Source: Octopus sinensis (Eukaryota). Taken from it: a stretch of DNA of 51,684 nucleotides. Positions within the stretch are counted from its first letter, which is position 1. Each line of letters starts with the position of its first letter. This document shows, piece by piece, positions 24,990 through 39,611 of the stretch. The stretch is from the NCBI RefSeq assembly GCF_006345805.1, contig NW_021834016.1:1-51684 (forward strand), in the 5' to 3' direction. A program made the position numbers and the translations under genes. The notes beneath the pieces are model-generated. The model was not told the origin of the DNA and ran no database searches. It worked only from the letters and a program-made list of their open reading frames with translations.

Positions 24990-25211
24990 ATTAGGCATGA
25001 TACTCTCCGTAATTGTTGCCCTTGAAAGCATCACCAATCAACTACCAAAAGATTGGCGCAAGTGTGAAGGTAGAACACCTACAAAAGTCAACATTGATTG
25101 GAACTGCAAGAGTTCTTGAAGCATGACCAGTAAACACGTGTCATCTTAGTCTGCTGGCTTTAGACAGCCGAAACTGTCCATCATACCCAGTAAAATATGC
25201 TGTGAGTTTTC
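24990..25211 (+). mobile_element. R4/Dong extreme 3' fragment plus UTR
   Basis: IGASVKVEHLQKSTLIGTARVLEA*. The UTR ends ATGCTGTGAGTTTTCAT then (AAT)n, similar to the 9392-9621 end. Confidence 0.65.
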
Positions 25212-25246
<35 letters not shown>

Positions 25247-25301
25247 TAATAATAATAATGATAATAATGATAATAATAAAATAATAATAATAATAATAAT
25301 A

Positions 25302-25332
<31 letters not shown>

Positions 25333-25442
25333 AATGATAATAATAATAATAAAATAATTAATGATAATAATGATAATAATAATAAATAATAATATGATAA
25401 AATAATAATAATATAATGATAATAATGATAATAATAATAGTA

Positions 25443-25475
<33 letters not shown>

Positions 25476-25537
25476 TAATAATAATAATGATAATAATAAT
25501 AATATAATAATGATAATAATAATAATAATAATAATAA
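25212..25537. repeat. (AAT)n array
   Basis: Direct reading. Confidence 0.97.
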
Positions 25538-26091
25538 ATGCCCTGATGCAGTACCAGGCAGTGGCTCTCATGGCTTCTGATCTTAACTGATTGGAAGTGT
25601 TATCATGTACATTGTTTTGTCTTGGTATAAAAGATGGGCTACAGCAAATATTCTGCTCAATACCACAGATTTGCTTGTCAGTTGTTGACCTTAACCAGTT
25701 GAGCATGTCCCTTAGTGGCTGACAATATGTGCATCTCTGATCACGAGCAGAAGTAGTGGGGGAGCATCATAGCCATGTGTTGAGAGGGATTCTTTGGGGT
25801 TTGAATAGTTCGCCTCTGGAAACATGGGTGGTTCTTTCAACATCCTTAAACAACCCTTATTCAGAGACCTTTTGAGCGGGATGGGCTACTCAATCTGAAG
25901 AAAATTCTAACTGGGCCCCACCTGCAAGGTCATGTGCTGTTTATCTTGATATGAGATCACATGTCGCGCACATATGGTTGTGATGCATGTGCCTGGTGTA
26001 CCTTTATCAGACGGGTAGTCATGATGGGTATATTGGGCTTCGTATATTTTACCCCAGTGTCACTTTGATGGCATGCACTGCTCTCTCACTC
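25538..26091 (+). mobile_element. About 554-bp non-coding element embedded in (AAT)n
   Basis: Second partial copy at 11856-12192 shares the same 3' end. No recognisable TE or host ORF. Confidence 0.8.
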
Positions 26092-26123
<32 letters not shown>

Positions 26124-26161
26124 TAATAATGATGATAATAATAATAATAATAATAATAATG

Positions 26162-26205
<44 letters not shown>

Positions 26206-26299
26206 CAGAGAATCACAACAAATCACAGCACATACCCAAGGCACACAGAGATGCGCTCGGTAGTGAAGTGAAAGCACGCTATAAAAATAAAACTACTGA
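26206..26299 (+). mobile_element. 3'UTR-only copy of the Dong subfamily at 13383 and 26722
   Basis: CAGAGAATCACAACAAATCACAGCACATACCCAAGGC...AAAACTACTG between (AAT)n runs. Confidence 0.85.
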
Positions 26300-26338
26300 A
26301 TAATGATAATAATAATAATAATAATAATGATAATAATG

Positions 26339-26381
<43 letters not shown>

Positions 26382-26433
26382 TAATATGATAATAATGACA
26401 ATATTGATAATAATGATGATGATGATGATGATG

Positions 26434-26485
<52 letters not shown>

Positions 26486-26496
26486 TAATAATTTAA

Positions 26497-26533
<37 letters not shown>

Positions 26534-26638
26534 CTAGATAAAACTTAGATATTTTCGACCAGAGATTGGTCCAGGCCATGTCTAACTTAATAGCAAATAA
26601 TAATTATAATAATAATGATAATAATGATAATAACAATG

Positions 26639-26721
<83 letters not shown>

Positions 26722-26724
<3 letters not shown>

Positions 26725-27555
26725 TAAACTAAACGCAAAAGAAATAGACAAAGAAAAATCCCAGCAATGGTTGAGAAGCTCAGGACTCAAAGCAGAAACA
26801 GGGATTTTTAATTGCAGCACAAGACCAAAGCCTCCCCACCAGAAATTACCAAAAACATGTAATGAAAAGAAATATAGCAAGTAACTGCAGAATATGTGGA
26901 GATGGACAAGAAACAATAAATCATATTATCTTTCCAGCTGCCCAGTCCTGGCTAAGAAGGAATATATTCACAGACATGACAGAGTTGGAACCTACATACA
27001 TTGGAAGCTATGCCAACATTATGGAATAACAACAAAAAAAAGATGGTATAGGCACACACCAGAAAAGGTCACAGAAAACGAGAAAGCAACCATACTCTGG
27101 GATATGCCGATACACACAGATAGAGAAATTAAGACCAACAGACCAGATATAGTTGTCAGAGATCATGAAGAAAAAAATGCTTTTTAATTGATGTATCAAT
27201 ACCGGCAGATGACAACGTGTCTCTAAAAGAAATGGAGAAACTCTCAAAATACAAAGACCTGGAAATAGAGGTAACTAGAATGTGGAATCTGAAAACAGAA
27301 ACAATTCCTATCATAGTAGGTGCATTAGGCATGATAAAAAAATATTCAGACAAATACATAACAAAAACACCAGGACTTACAAACACATATAACATACAGA
27401 AAATTGCACTACTAGGCACTGCACACATCCTACGCAGAACACTTTCCATGCAATAACCATCAGAGAATCACAACAAATCACAGCACATACCCAAGGCACA
27501 CAGAGCTGCGCTCGGTAGTGAAGTGAAAGCACGCTATAAAAATAAAACTACTGAA
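26722..27555 (+). mobile_element. 5'-truncated R4/Dong LINE
   Basis: KLNAKEIDKEKSQQWLRSSGLKAE...RHDRVGTYIHWKLC...RPDIVVRD...KLSKYKDLEIE...ILRRTLSMQ*. Confidence 0.9.
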
Positions 27556-27620
27556 TAAGGATAATAATAATAATAATAATAATAATGATAATAATAATAA
27601 TAATAATAATGATAATAATG

Positions 27621-27660
<40 letters not shown>

Positions 27661-27668
27661 TAATAATG

Positions 27669-27713
<45 letters not shown>

Positions 27714-27715
27714 TA

Positions 27716-29452
27716 ACAACAACTCAAGGGCTTACTAGCGATAGTCAAACAATTCAGTGACGACATCAGAATGCAATTCGGCCTCGATAAATGTGCAAAG
27801 GCTACCTTTATCAAAGGAAAAATGACAGAAACATCTAACGATAACCTGACCAACAGAATGTCATAAAAGAACTAGACCCAGCGGAGAGCTACAAGTACCT
27901 AGGGGTAATTGAAGGGAACGGAATAAGGCATTCAGAGATGAAGGAAAGGATCAGGAGAGAATGCTATCGAAGAGTGAGAGCAATACTCAAGACAGAGCTG
28001 AATGCAAGAAACAGGATCGAAGCAATCAATGCATTAGCTATACCAGTCGTGACTTACAGTTTCAATATTGTTAACTGGTCAATTACTGAAATATGTCAGC
28101 TCGACAGAAAAATAAGGAAACTGTTGACAATGCATAGAATGCACCACCCTAAGGCAGATACAGAACAACTCTATCTGCCAAGAAAAGAGGGAGGCCGTGG
28201 TCTTTGCAACTGGCAATAACAATGAAGATTGCTACAATTGGCCTAGACACCTACCTGAAAAACTCTGAGGACTGGATGTTAAAACTTGTCTCAAAACATG
28301 AAAACAAGAAAGCATCATACTCAGTCACAAAACAGGCAAAGGAATATCTAAGTGAATTCCGAATACAACCAATTCGGAATTAGAGATAGACATACAAGAA
28401 ACAAGCACAGAAAAAGCTAGGCGCATGAAAACCCGTGCCAAAACTGCGGCCTTAGATATTCTGAATAATTAAATGGCAAGAAAAACCTCTCTACGGCAAA
28501 TACCCAAAGAGAGCGAATAATGCAGATATCGACAAAGCCCTGACCCATCAATGGCTAATGGCCTCTGGCTTAAAATCTGAAACAGAGGGGTTTATCATAG
28601 CAGCTCAAGATCAATGCCTACCAACAAGAAACTACCAGGCCAACATATTAAAGATCAGAGCAGTCCAACGTGTCGTGTATGCAAGCAACAAAATGAAACC
28701 ATTGACCATGTGGTCTCCAAGTGCAGTCTTCTAGCGCCTACAGAGTATCTCAACAGGCACGATAGAGCTGCACAATATATTCACTGGGTAATCTGTAAAA
28801 ACCTGGATTTGCCCCATGAAAAAACTGGTGGGAACACAAACCCCCCCAGTGCTTGAAAATGACCACATCTCACTCCTCTGGAACTTCACCATTCAAACTG
28901 ACAGGAAGATAGATGCAAATAGGCCAGACATCATATTGAAAGACTTCAAACAAAGAACATGCCTCCTCATTGATATGACTGTCCAATCGATATAAACGTA
29001 TCTGTCAGGACCTACCAAAAACTGAGCAAATATAAAGATCTTGAAATAGAAATCAGCAAAATGTGGAAGCTGAAGACTAAAACAATACCTGTTGTCATAG
29101 GTGCCCTGGGAATGATAGCAAAAGGGGCTGATAGCTACCTAACTCAGATACCAGGAAACCCCAAAATGGCAGAAGTTCAAAAGATAGTGCTCATGGGAAC
29201 TGCTCATATCCTACGCAAAATACTCTCTATGTAACCTCAAGGTTTAAAACAACCATAATTTTCGGTTTAAAAAAAAAAAAAAAAAAAAAAAATTTTTTTT
29301 TTAGACATTCATTAGTACAACATCCCCACCCCCCAAATATATGGCACACTAGGCATAACAACAACATGAACTTCCAACCCTGTTGTCTCTTGAGGTCTCT
29401 GGGTGAGACTTGGAGCCAACTTGTACAAATATAAAGCAAAAGTCAAACATAG
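27716..29452 (+). mobile_element. 5'-truncated R4/Dong LINE (RT C-terminal part to endonuclease plus 3'UTR)
   Basis: FSDDIRMQFGLDKC...YKYLGV...MHHPKADTEQLYLPRKEGGRGL...CRVCKQQNETIDHVVSKC...RPDII...KYKDL. Stop at 29232-29234. Confidence 0.92.
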
Positions 29453-30580
<1,128 letters not shown>

Positions 30581-31110
30581 CCAAAAACTGAACTCGTCCC
30601 CCAAATTCCCATGGAAGCCATTGACACCCTGGCACTTCCGATAATCCAATACAGTTTTAACATCATTAACTGGAATCTTACCGGGTTCCAACGCCTGGCT
30701 AGAAAAACAAGGAAACTACTAACTTCTTAAGAACATGCACCACCCAAAAGCAGATGTTGATTGTCTGCTTTACCTCCATAGAAGTAATGGGAGAAGAGGA
30801 TTGATGCAGGTAGATCTGTGCTGTAAGACACCTCCTCAATAGCAATGAACAAATAGTTATCTCGTACAGAGGACTGGATGCTGTGGTTTGTGTGCAAAGA
30901 CGAAAGCAGCAAAAATCACATTCCATTGCGAAGGAAGCTTGTAAATTCGCAAGGGAACTCGACATTAACCCTGAATTAAATGAAGAACTGGAAACCACTG
31001 CCACCAAACAAAACGGATTAAAGAAACAGCAAAAAAGAACGGGCAGAAACAAATTGAAGAGAGGTGGTGCCAGAAGCCTCTGCATGGACAACATAAATTG
31101 GATTGAACGT
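30581..31110 (+). mobile_element. Degenerate R4/Dong internal fragment
   Basis: EAIDTLALPIIQYSFNIINWNL...RKTRKLLT..MHHPKADVD. Confidence 0.75.
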
Positions 31111-31822
31111 GTGACACATCCATTTCCAAGTAAGTTTATCTTCACTTCATGCCATTCTCTATTCTATACTGTTTTCTTCCTCCATCCTTCTCTAATTCCC
31201 TTTTTCTCCACTTCCCCGTTTTATATATCTCTCTCTCTCCCTTCTTTCTCTTTTTATTCTCTCTCCCCCTTCTTTTTCTTTTTATTCTCTCTCCCTCTTC
31301 TTTCTCTTTTTATTCTCTCTCTCTCTCTCGTTGCTTACACGTGATTATCATCCATCTTTCTTTTCTTGCACAGTCGTTTAAACGAACGGACGTGATTTTT
31401 TCTCTCTCATCTATCTTTTCTCTTTTCAAAAGTGTTTGTCCCAGCGTTCACTATTTTCCTCTCGTTCCGGTCTAACGACTCTCCATGCTTGTTTTCGTTC
31501 GGTTTCCTTGTTTGTCTCCACTGTCATTTTATTGTTCCCAACTTTGACCTTCAATAAATCCTAAATTTTATTTTAGAATTTATGCGAGCAGCTGTCTTTG
31601 AAGGCTCATAGTATCCTTGAATACTCCAAATGGGGAGTAGATAGACAGCGAACCGATGAAGGGTCCTTTCTCTGTGTTAACGTATCCTGTTTTCAATTAT
31701 TTCCTTGTTGTTTACACATTTCACTCGTCTTTCCCGAATTTGTTTGCGTATTTCATATTATTTGCATCGTTGGTGACGTCCTGTACCCATATATGCATGT
31801 AAATATATATCTATATATTATT

Positions 31823-31881
<59 letters not shown>

Positions 31882-32178
31882 TAGAAAGAAACCCACCTTT
31901 TATCAATTCAAAATGAATAATTAAATTACACCATCTAGAAAATTACATATAATAAAAGTTAAAATGAAAATAACAATTAAAAAGAAAAGATGAAGTAAAT
32001 ACACAAGAATAATATAATGTATATAATAGGTAGAAACACGAGACGTGTTTCGCTGCTATATTTAAGAAATGATTATAGTAGTAGAGAAATCACTTGTATA
32101 TAAATATAGTCGCTCATCAAGTTTAAAAATTAACAGAACAGTAAAGTAATTAATTAATGAATATACTTTAATATATAC

Positions 32179-32243
<65 letters not shown>

Positions 32244-32244
<1 letters not shown>

Positions 32245-32518
32245 ACAATTGCAGCGTGGAAGGTGTTTATAAGCCATTTAAGAAACACACAAAAGCCGTT
32301 CGATTCACTTCAACATTTAAGTTTATTTGTCAAAATATTTTCGTCGCTAAAATCCGTGACCTGTTCACTGACAAAGTCCGTGCTGCATCTCAGTGAACAG
32401 GTCGCGGATTTTAGCGACGAAAATATTTTGACAAATTAAACTTAAATGTTGAAGTGAATCGAACGGCTTTTGTGTGTTTCTTAAATGGCTTATAAACACC
32501 TTCCACGCTGCAATTGTT
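32244..32518. repeat. Fold-back: 128/129-nt arms with 2 differences and an 18-nt loop (inverted PLE-pLTR-like pair)
   Basis: Arm 32244-32371 versus 32390-32518: one indel and one substitution. Confidence 0.95.
32326..32375 (-). ncRNA. Minimal hammerhead motif with G3-C8 swapped core
   Basis: Minus strand: TTTGTCA GTGAACA G GTCAC GGATTTTA GCGAC GAAA ATAT TT TGACAAA. 7-bp stem I and palindromic AATATT. The plus-strand twin at 32390-32436 has a perfect GTCGC/GCGAC stem II. Confidence 0.6.
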
Positions 32519-32572
32519 TTCGTTCAGCACACGATCTCAGATCAAATTACTTGCTATGCGAGTACATCTCCG

Positions 32573-32649
<77 letters not shown>

Positions 32650-33320
32650 TATGAAAATTCTAAATATGCATAATTGAAAAATAAAATAATAATTCAATAA
32701 TTAAATACTTTTACATTAAATAAAAAACACAAAGCTATTACAAGTCATTAAATTGTAATCAAAATAATAAATGCTTCAAATATAGACAAACTCCTTACAT
32801 AAGCTAACCATATATATGGATCTTAAATTTGAGATGTTAAAGGTAAGAAGTTCAAAGATGGAATGAATACGTGGAGAGCTAGGTGTTTTAGAGGGAGAAA
32901 TTGAGGAGATATTCAGATAGGGAATAGTGAAAGGAGAAAATAAATTTCAAGAGTTAGGGGTTAATAAAGAGACAAGTATTGAGTAATAGTAGTAGAGGTG
33001 GAAGAGAGGAGGGTTGTGTTGGTGGTAATTGTTGGGATAGCGAGAAAAGAGAATGGCCATTATTTGGGAGGAGTAAGTTGACTGGTCCAGTGGCTGACGG
33101 AGATTACTAAATAGAGAAGTATGAGAGAAGATAGAGGGAGGTGGATGAGAGTGATGGTGGGAGTTGATAGTCTATACTCTCCATATTGTCCAATCCAATG
33201 CATTCCGTATTGTTCTAGGCTAATGATACATCAGGCCTCATAGTACAAAGACGTCTCTCTCTCTCTCTTCTTCCAGATCAGTGGCTATCATTGCAATATT
33301 AAGATGTTCAGGTCTGCAAG

Positions 33321-33712
33321 GAGGCGAGCTGGCAGAGACGTTAGCACGACTGGCGAAATGCGTAGCGGTATTTCGTGTGTCTTGACGTTCTGAGTTCAAA
33401 TTCCGCTATGGTCGACTTTGCCTTTCATCCTTTCGGGGTCGATTAAATAAGTACCAGTTACGCACTGGGGTCGATGTAATCGACTTAATCCGTCTGTCTG
33501 TCCTTGTTTGTCCTCTGTGTTTAGCGCCTTGTGGGTAGTAAAGAAATAGGTATTTCGTGTGTCTTGACGTTCTGAGTTCAAATTCCGCCGCGGTCAACTT
33601 TGCCTTTCACCCTTTCGGGGTCGATAAATTAAGTACCAGTTGCGTATTGGAGTCGATATAATCGACTGGCCCTTCCCTAAGAATTTCGGGCCTTGTACCT
33701 AGAGTAGAGAAT
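33321..33712 (+). mobile_element. Family-2 SINE, bipartite (internal duplication of the B-box/Meta-like module)
   Basis: GGTATTTCGTGTGTCTTGACGTTCTGAGTTCAAATTCCGC...CTTTGCCTTTCA.CCTTTCGGGGTCGAT.AA.TAAGTACC occurs twice. Confidence 0.85.
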
Positions 33713-35299
33713 ACTTCTTTGCAGATTATGTTCTTCGTGTAAGTTATCGCTCATCTCTTCCCTTTTTGTCAGTGTTGATAGCTTTAAGTCACGCATCGGA
33801 TAATTTGCCAGCCCTTGAGAATGCAACATGTTGCTGACCTTGACCGAATACAGGTTCAGGCAAGAACAGCCCCCACTCGATCAAATGTCTGCCCTTGTGA
33901 TTTGTGGATAGCCACTGCATAAGACAGGCCAAGGGGAAACTGGTTTCTTTCGGAAGTGAATGGCAAGTTTGGGATGTGTATATGTTAAGTAATAGGTGAT
34001 ATTAAAAAATTTAGTTCAATTCACATAAAAATTATTTTTCATCATGTACTCGCCATCACCACCTCCACCACCAGCTCTAGCACCAACAACAGTAACAGCA
34101 CCTCTCTCTCTCTCTCTCTTTCCCTCTCTCTCTCTCTCTTTCTCTTCTTCTCTCTCTCTCTCTCTCTCTCTCTCATCCTCTCCCTCTTGCTGTGCCTTTC
34201 CTTAACATCATCCCTCTACTAAAATTATATTTCTAACTCTCCTCTATATCACTACCTTCAACTAACTTTTTAACCACGTAAGAAACATTACGTTCCCCCT
34301 ACTATAATGTCATGGAAGCTTCTCTCTTCGTCTTTTCTCTCTTCTTTTTTTCATTCTCTCTCGTTCTACCTCACTGTTCGCCTTATCTTCTTTTTCTCTC
34401 TCCCTCTTTTTTCTCTGATCACGTGAAAACGTTACCAACGGGCTAAGTAACGTAACGCCAAGTAGGAATGATGATTAATCTATAACTACAATGTCCATAT
34501 AGAGAATAAGGCAGACCGAGTTTAATTTTAACAAAACCAAGGCAACAGACATTTATCATCAATCCAAAATCCCTTCGAATACCGCATCATTTTTCTTTCA
34601 TAACTCACAATTTCTTTCTTTATTTTCTTTTTACAGCTCGCACTTTATTTTTCTTTTTACAGCTCGCAATTTCTTTATTTTTCTTTCATAACTCACAGCC
34701 TTCCATGATTGACATCCAGGAACATTCAGGGAAGTTGCACAAATCTACCGCCGCATATCATTAACATTTAGTTGATGTAAGTTGATTCCTTCTTGCGTAT
34801 TTCAGGGTTCAAACTAATATAATTGCTATTCTGGAAAAAGAAACCGACAAAATAAACGGTTGTGCAAAAAATTTGATAGTCGTGGGCAGTTATCTTTTTA
34901 AAGGGAAATAACTCTTTGAGAGTATGTCCTAGTTTTCCCCCCTGAATTGCTATTCTTTCGACGACGAATTGTCAATGAGGCGGAAGTTTCAGATAACTAA
35001 AGTAAGATATACAAATAGTATTAATGATTTCTAATTGAGGAATAAGGCGAGCAATTTTGAAGTGAGGCGGTGAGATGATTCCATCGACCTTAGTACGACA
35101 CGGTATTCCCAAAAGAAGAAAAGCAAAGTTGGTCTCCGTTGGATTTCAACTCAAAATGTAAATAGCTGCGAGAAATGTCGCAAGGCCCTTCATGAGGACG
35201 CTTTTACGATTCTGCTAATACTGGGAGTTTGGAAGAAGCAATGGCTGAAATAATGTAAGGGGAATCATAGAGGGAGGAGAAGCTGGAATATGTGAAGCA

Positions 35300-35338
35300 G
35301 TATGAGGTGCCTGTGTATGCACACACACACACATAAAA

Positions 35339-35387
<49 letters not shown>

Positions 35388-35415
35388 TACATACATACAT
35401 ACATATATACACACA

Positions 35416-35449
<34 letters not shown>

Positions 35450-35526
35450 CACATACATACATTACATACATACATACATACATACATACACACATACACA
35501 CACACAAACGCACATACACACACACA

Positions 35527-35560
<34 letters not shown>

Positions 35561-35695
35561 CACACATACATACATACATACATATATACACACATACATA
35601 CATACATACATACATACATACATACATACATACGTACATACATACATACATACATATTTACATACATCCATCCATCCATCCATCCATACATAACA
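35300..35695. repeat. Compound (CA)n/(CATA)n/(CATC)n microsatellite
   Basis: Direct reading. Confidence 0.95.
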
Positions 35696-35804
35696 GCCGC
35701 AACAACATGAACAACGGCCAAGACAACCAGCAGCGCCACCATTCCGATGGTAGCATGAACGAACAGACAAACTGAAAAAGCTACAAAAACCTTTTACTCG
35801 GCTC

Positions 35805-35995
35805 CATCGCCTCAATACTCAAGATATCAGCTTTTCTCAAGACCTGGGTGTCTGCAGTCTTTAAGGTCCAGCCAACACATCTCTGATGGAAGCGTCCAAG
35901 GACTTTTAGATGATGTTTGTAAAGGGTCCATGTCTCACATGAGTAAAGGAGCGATGTCAGTACACATGCACGGTACACAGCAATTTTTGTTTACC
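35805..35995 (-). mobile_element. RTE-clade LINE fragment
   Basis: TKIAVYRACVLTSLLYSCETWTLYKHHLKVLGRFHQRC...SIEAM, typical of the post-RT region of RTE elements. Confidence 0.75.
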
Positions 35996-36184
35996 TTGTG
36001 ATGCCATGCTGGGACCAGACACGAGGCTGAAGGGACCGGAAGGAATCAGTTGCTCTCTGCAGCCTGAAAGGTATTTCCTCATCCACGGAACAAGAACGGC
36101 TGAGTGTGCTGCTATATATGTATATATGTACGTATGTATCTATTGATCTTACGTGGACCGACGTGTGTAAACTGATACATATAC

Positions 36185-36290
<106 letters not shown>

Positions 36291-37299
36291 TGTACAGAGG
36301 CATCCGTTCGGTAATTCGCGTGAATGGACATCTATCGAGACCCTTCGACATCGCACGTTCTCGTCGCTTCTATACGTATTGACTCTCGAGCCATTATTGC
36401 GGAAGCTGGCAACTTTGAGGGGCATCCCGCGAGAACTGGGATGCGGGACGAGCGTGTCTGCATACGCGGACGACGTCACCTTCATAGTGTCTAACCACGA
36501 GCACATCGAGCAGGTCGGCGAGACACTGAAAAACTACGAAGCGGTGACAGGAGCGAAAATCAACCGGGACAAGTCAGTGGGCTTGCGACTAGGCACCTGG
36601 AGAAGCAAGCCCATGCCGTCCACCAGCGCCTCCGTCGTGGGACGCTGGACCGACGGCCCGGTCGAGTTGCTCGGGGTCTGGTTTGGTCCGGACCTCCAAG
36701 TGGAGAAGAACTGGAACGAGATAACGAGTAGGGTGGTCACTCTTGCCCGGCAATGGGCCGAGAGGAAACTGTCCCTAAAAGGTCGGGCGGAGGTGGCGAA
36801 CACGTACATCGCGTCCGTCATCTACTATCACCTGACCGTCATGCCTTGTCCCGACCCTACCATCACCAAACTACAACGCATTCTCTTTCGCTTCTTGTGG
36901 AAAGGATGCGTCCCAATGGTTAGGCGATCCATTTGCTGTCAACACCTGTTAAAAGGAGGACTGGGCATGCCGTGGTTGATGATGCGCAGACACGCGCTGA
37001 GACAGCGACATCTCAGGCTCTATGTAGACGACGGTGAACAGGTGTGGTCGCCGTTTGTGAGACACGCTTTCCCGCAGCTCGTCTCCATGACCGAACTGCA
37101 GTCGTGGATCAAAAAGAGGCCGAGGAAGGGCGAATGGCACCGCGAGTGTCGCGTTGCTCTCAAGCAACTCTGCCGTCCTGGTCGACCTTGAGTGACTTCA
37201 TCACAACCAAAGCATTCTATAGGGGATTAGTGGAGGGGAGGTACGACGACGAGCTCGGGGCGAACCTGGACGTCGACGAGGAGTACCTGACCCGCCTAT
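36291..37299 (+). mobile_element. Tx1/L1-clade LINE RT fragment
   Basis: LLYVLTLEPLLRKL...SAYADDVT...GAKINRDKS...LSLKGRAEVANTYIAS...KGGLGMP. GC-rich relative to the flanks; the RQGCPLS motif region is deleted. Confidence 0.85.
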
Positions 37300-38294
37300 T
37301 GAATTCGTGAATTCAAACATGGTAGGAACTCTGTGGAAACAGCTCCCAGATCTGGTCGCCCCCTTCTGCCATTGATGAGGCATCTGTCCGTCAAGTTGAG
37401 GCTGCCATTTTGGAAGATCGACGCATAATTATTCGCCAAATAGCCCATGAGGTCAAGATTAGCACCGGGTCTGTGAAAACTATCATTCATGACCATTTGC
37501 ATAGGCAAAAAGTATCTGCCAGATGGATTCCCAGGCTGCTCACACCTTTCCAGAAGCAAGAACGCGTCGATTGCTCGAGAAAGAATTTGGAGATGTGCCA
37601 AGAAGATGAGTCAACATTTTTCAAAAGACTGATTACACAGGATGAAACCTGGGTCCATCACTATGATCCAGAGACCAAAGCCCGATCAATGCAGTGGAAG
37701 CACCGTGACTCTCCTCCTCCAAAGAAGTCAAGGGTGCAGCCCTCCGCTGGCAAGGTCATGCTCACAGTCTTCTGGGACCAGGACGGAGTAATGATGACAG
37801 ATTTCCTGGCAAAGGGTGCCACAATTACAGGAGTCTATTATGCTTCACATTTGAGGAAATTAAGAGAAGCTATCAAGATCAAGAGGTGGGGCAAGATCAG
37901 CAAAGTCATCCTCTCCTGCAGGACAACGCTCCGATCCACAACTCGCGTGTCGCCAGATCAGAAGCACAGGCGTGCGGCTATGAACTCATCCCCCATTCCC
38001 TTTACTCTCCTGACCTTGCACCTTCTGATTTTCACCTCTTCCCAGCCATGAAGTTGTTTTTGAAAGGAAAGCGTTTCCCAGATGATGCAGCCTTGATTTC
38101 TGAAGTCACGTCGTAGCTGGAGGACCAAGCTGGGGTCTTCTACAAAAACGGTCTCCAGAGCTGTATCAAACAATGGGAGAAATGAATAACTCTGGGTGGT
38201 TCCTATGTAGGAAAAGACTAATAACTGTGCCAAGTTTCGTTGCTCTACTGCTATGGGAAGTGGGTCAGGGGCATTACTTATTGAACGCCCCTCG
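37300..38294 (+). mobile_element. mariner (DD34D) transposon, 5'-truncated and frameshifted
   Basis: ARWIPRLLT, TQDETWVHHYDPETK, QDNAPIH...YSPDLAPSD (34 aa spacing). The 3' TIR reverse complement is CGAGGGGCGTTCAATAAGT, followed by TA. Confidence 0.92.
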
Positions 38295-38985
38295 TATATA
38301 TATATATATATATATATATACAGAGAGAGAGTGGGTATGCATGTGTAGAATGTATAAGTATATGCATACATGTATGTATGTATAAATATATGCATATATT
38401 TACATAGGTGAGACAGACAGACAGACAGACAGGGAGCGTGTGTGTTAGAGAATAAAAGTGAGTAAGAGTGAGAGTATGAGAGAGTGAGTCTCAGACATTT
38501 GGTCCTTGTTAAATGCATGTCAGTCGCTCACGTGAGGAAATAATATACATAGTATACAAAGTAATTAACTCTCTAATTATCCCATTTAATTACTTCATAT
38601 GAGCTGTTATTATTAATTCCCACCTTGCTATTAAGAACATGTTTGCATTCCAGGAAATAATGGCCATCAAACTTGAGTTTACCATATCAATATGTATCTA
38701 TCTATCCTATCCATCTATGTGCGTGTATGCAATATATATATTTATATATATGTAGTTTGTGCATGTGTGTATGTGCGTATTTGTAAGTATCTTGTAATGG
38801 GTGCAGGGTGGTCGAAAGATGAACGTGGAGCTAAAACCGAAGAAGGCGGTGTGATGAGAAGAATAAATGGATGTGGTAGATTTTAGTGCAAGCATACATC
38901 TTTTAGACGAGACAACATTGTGTAGGCACGAGGAGTGGGTCAGGCTGCAGCCCTTTTCTACACACACCTCTCTCTTTCTCCTTCT

Positions 38986-39045
<60 letters not shown>

Positions 39046-39611
39046 TACATACATGCATACATATATGTGTGTATGTGAATGCATGCATGTGAGAGGGGAC
39101 AGAAAGAGACAAAGACATAGCGAAAAGTAGATTGAGAGTAACAAATATACTCGTGCTGTATCGAATAGACTGGAGAGAGCGAAATGAGTTCAATGGCCCT
39201 CCGTGTCGCTTTCCAGAAACGGATCCAAATAGGTGGAATTATTTTATCAACATGAATCGGAATATTACATTGATTAAATATATCATTAAAACAAAGAAAC
39301 ATCTGTTTCTTGGTCATCTTGAAATTCAATCCAAATCCAGTCTTTCTTTCGAACCTGATATACATAAGTGGGTGTGCGTATATATATATATATTTATATA
39401 TAATATATATATTATATTATATATAATATATATATATATACTGTATATATATCGAGGTTATGAGAAGTAATGGTGTCAAGAAGACCCAAAGGTGTCAGGT
39501 AATGCTGAGTAAATGGTATGGACAGACTATAGTTAAGCCCAGGTTTCGATGATTATAGGAATGAGGTTCCAACGTGGGTCATATATCAGCATGTGTATAT
39601 ATAAAAAGATC

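Noticed and set aside
32830-33250. Possible RT remnant on minus
   Set aside because: No convincing motif in any frame.
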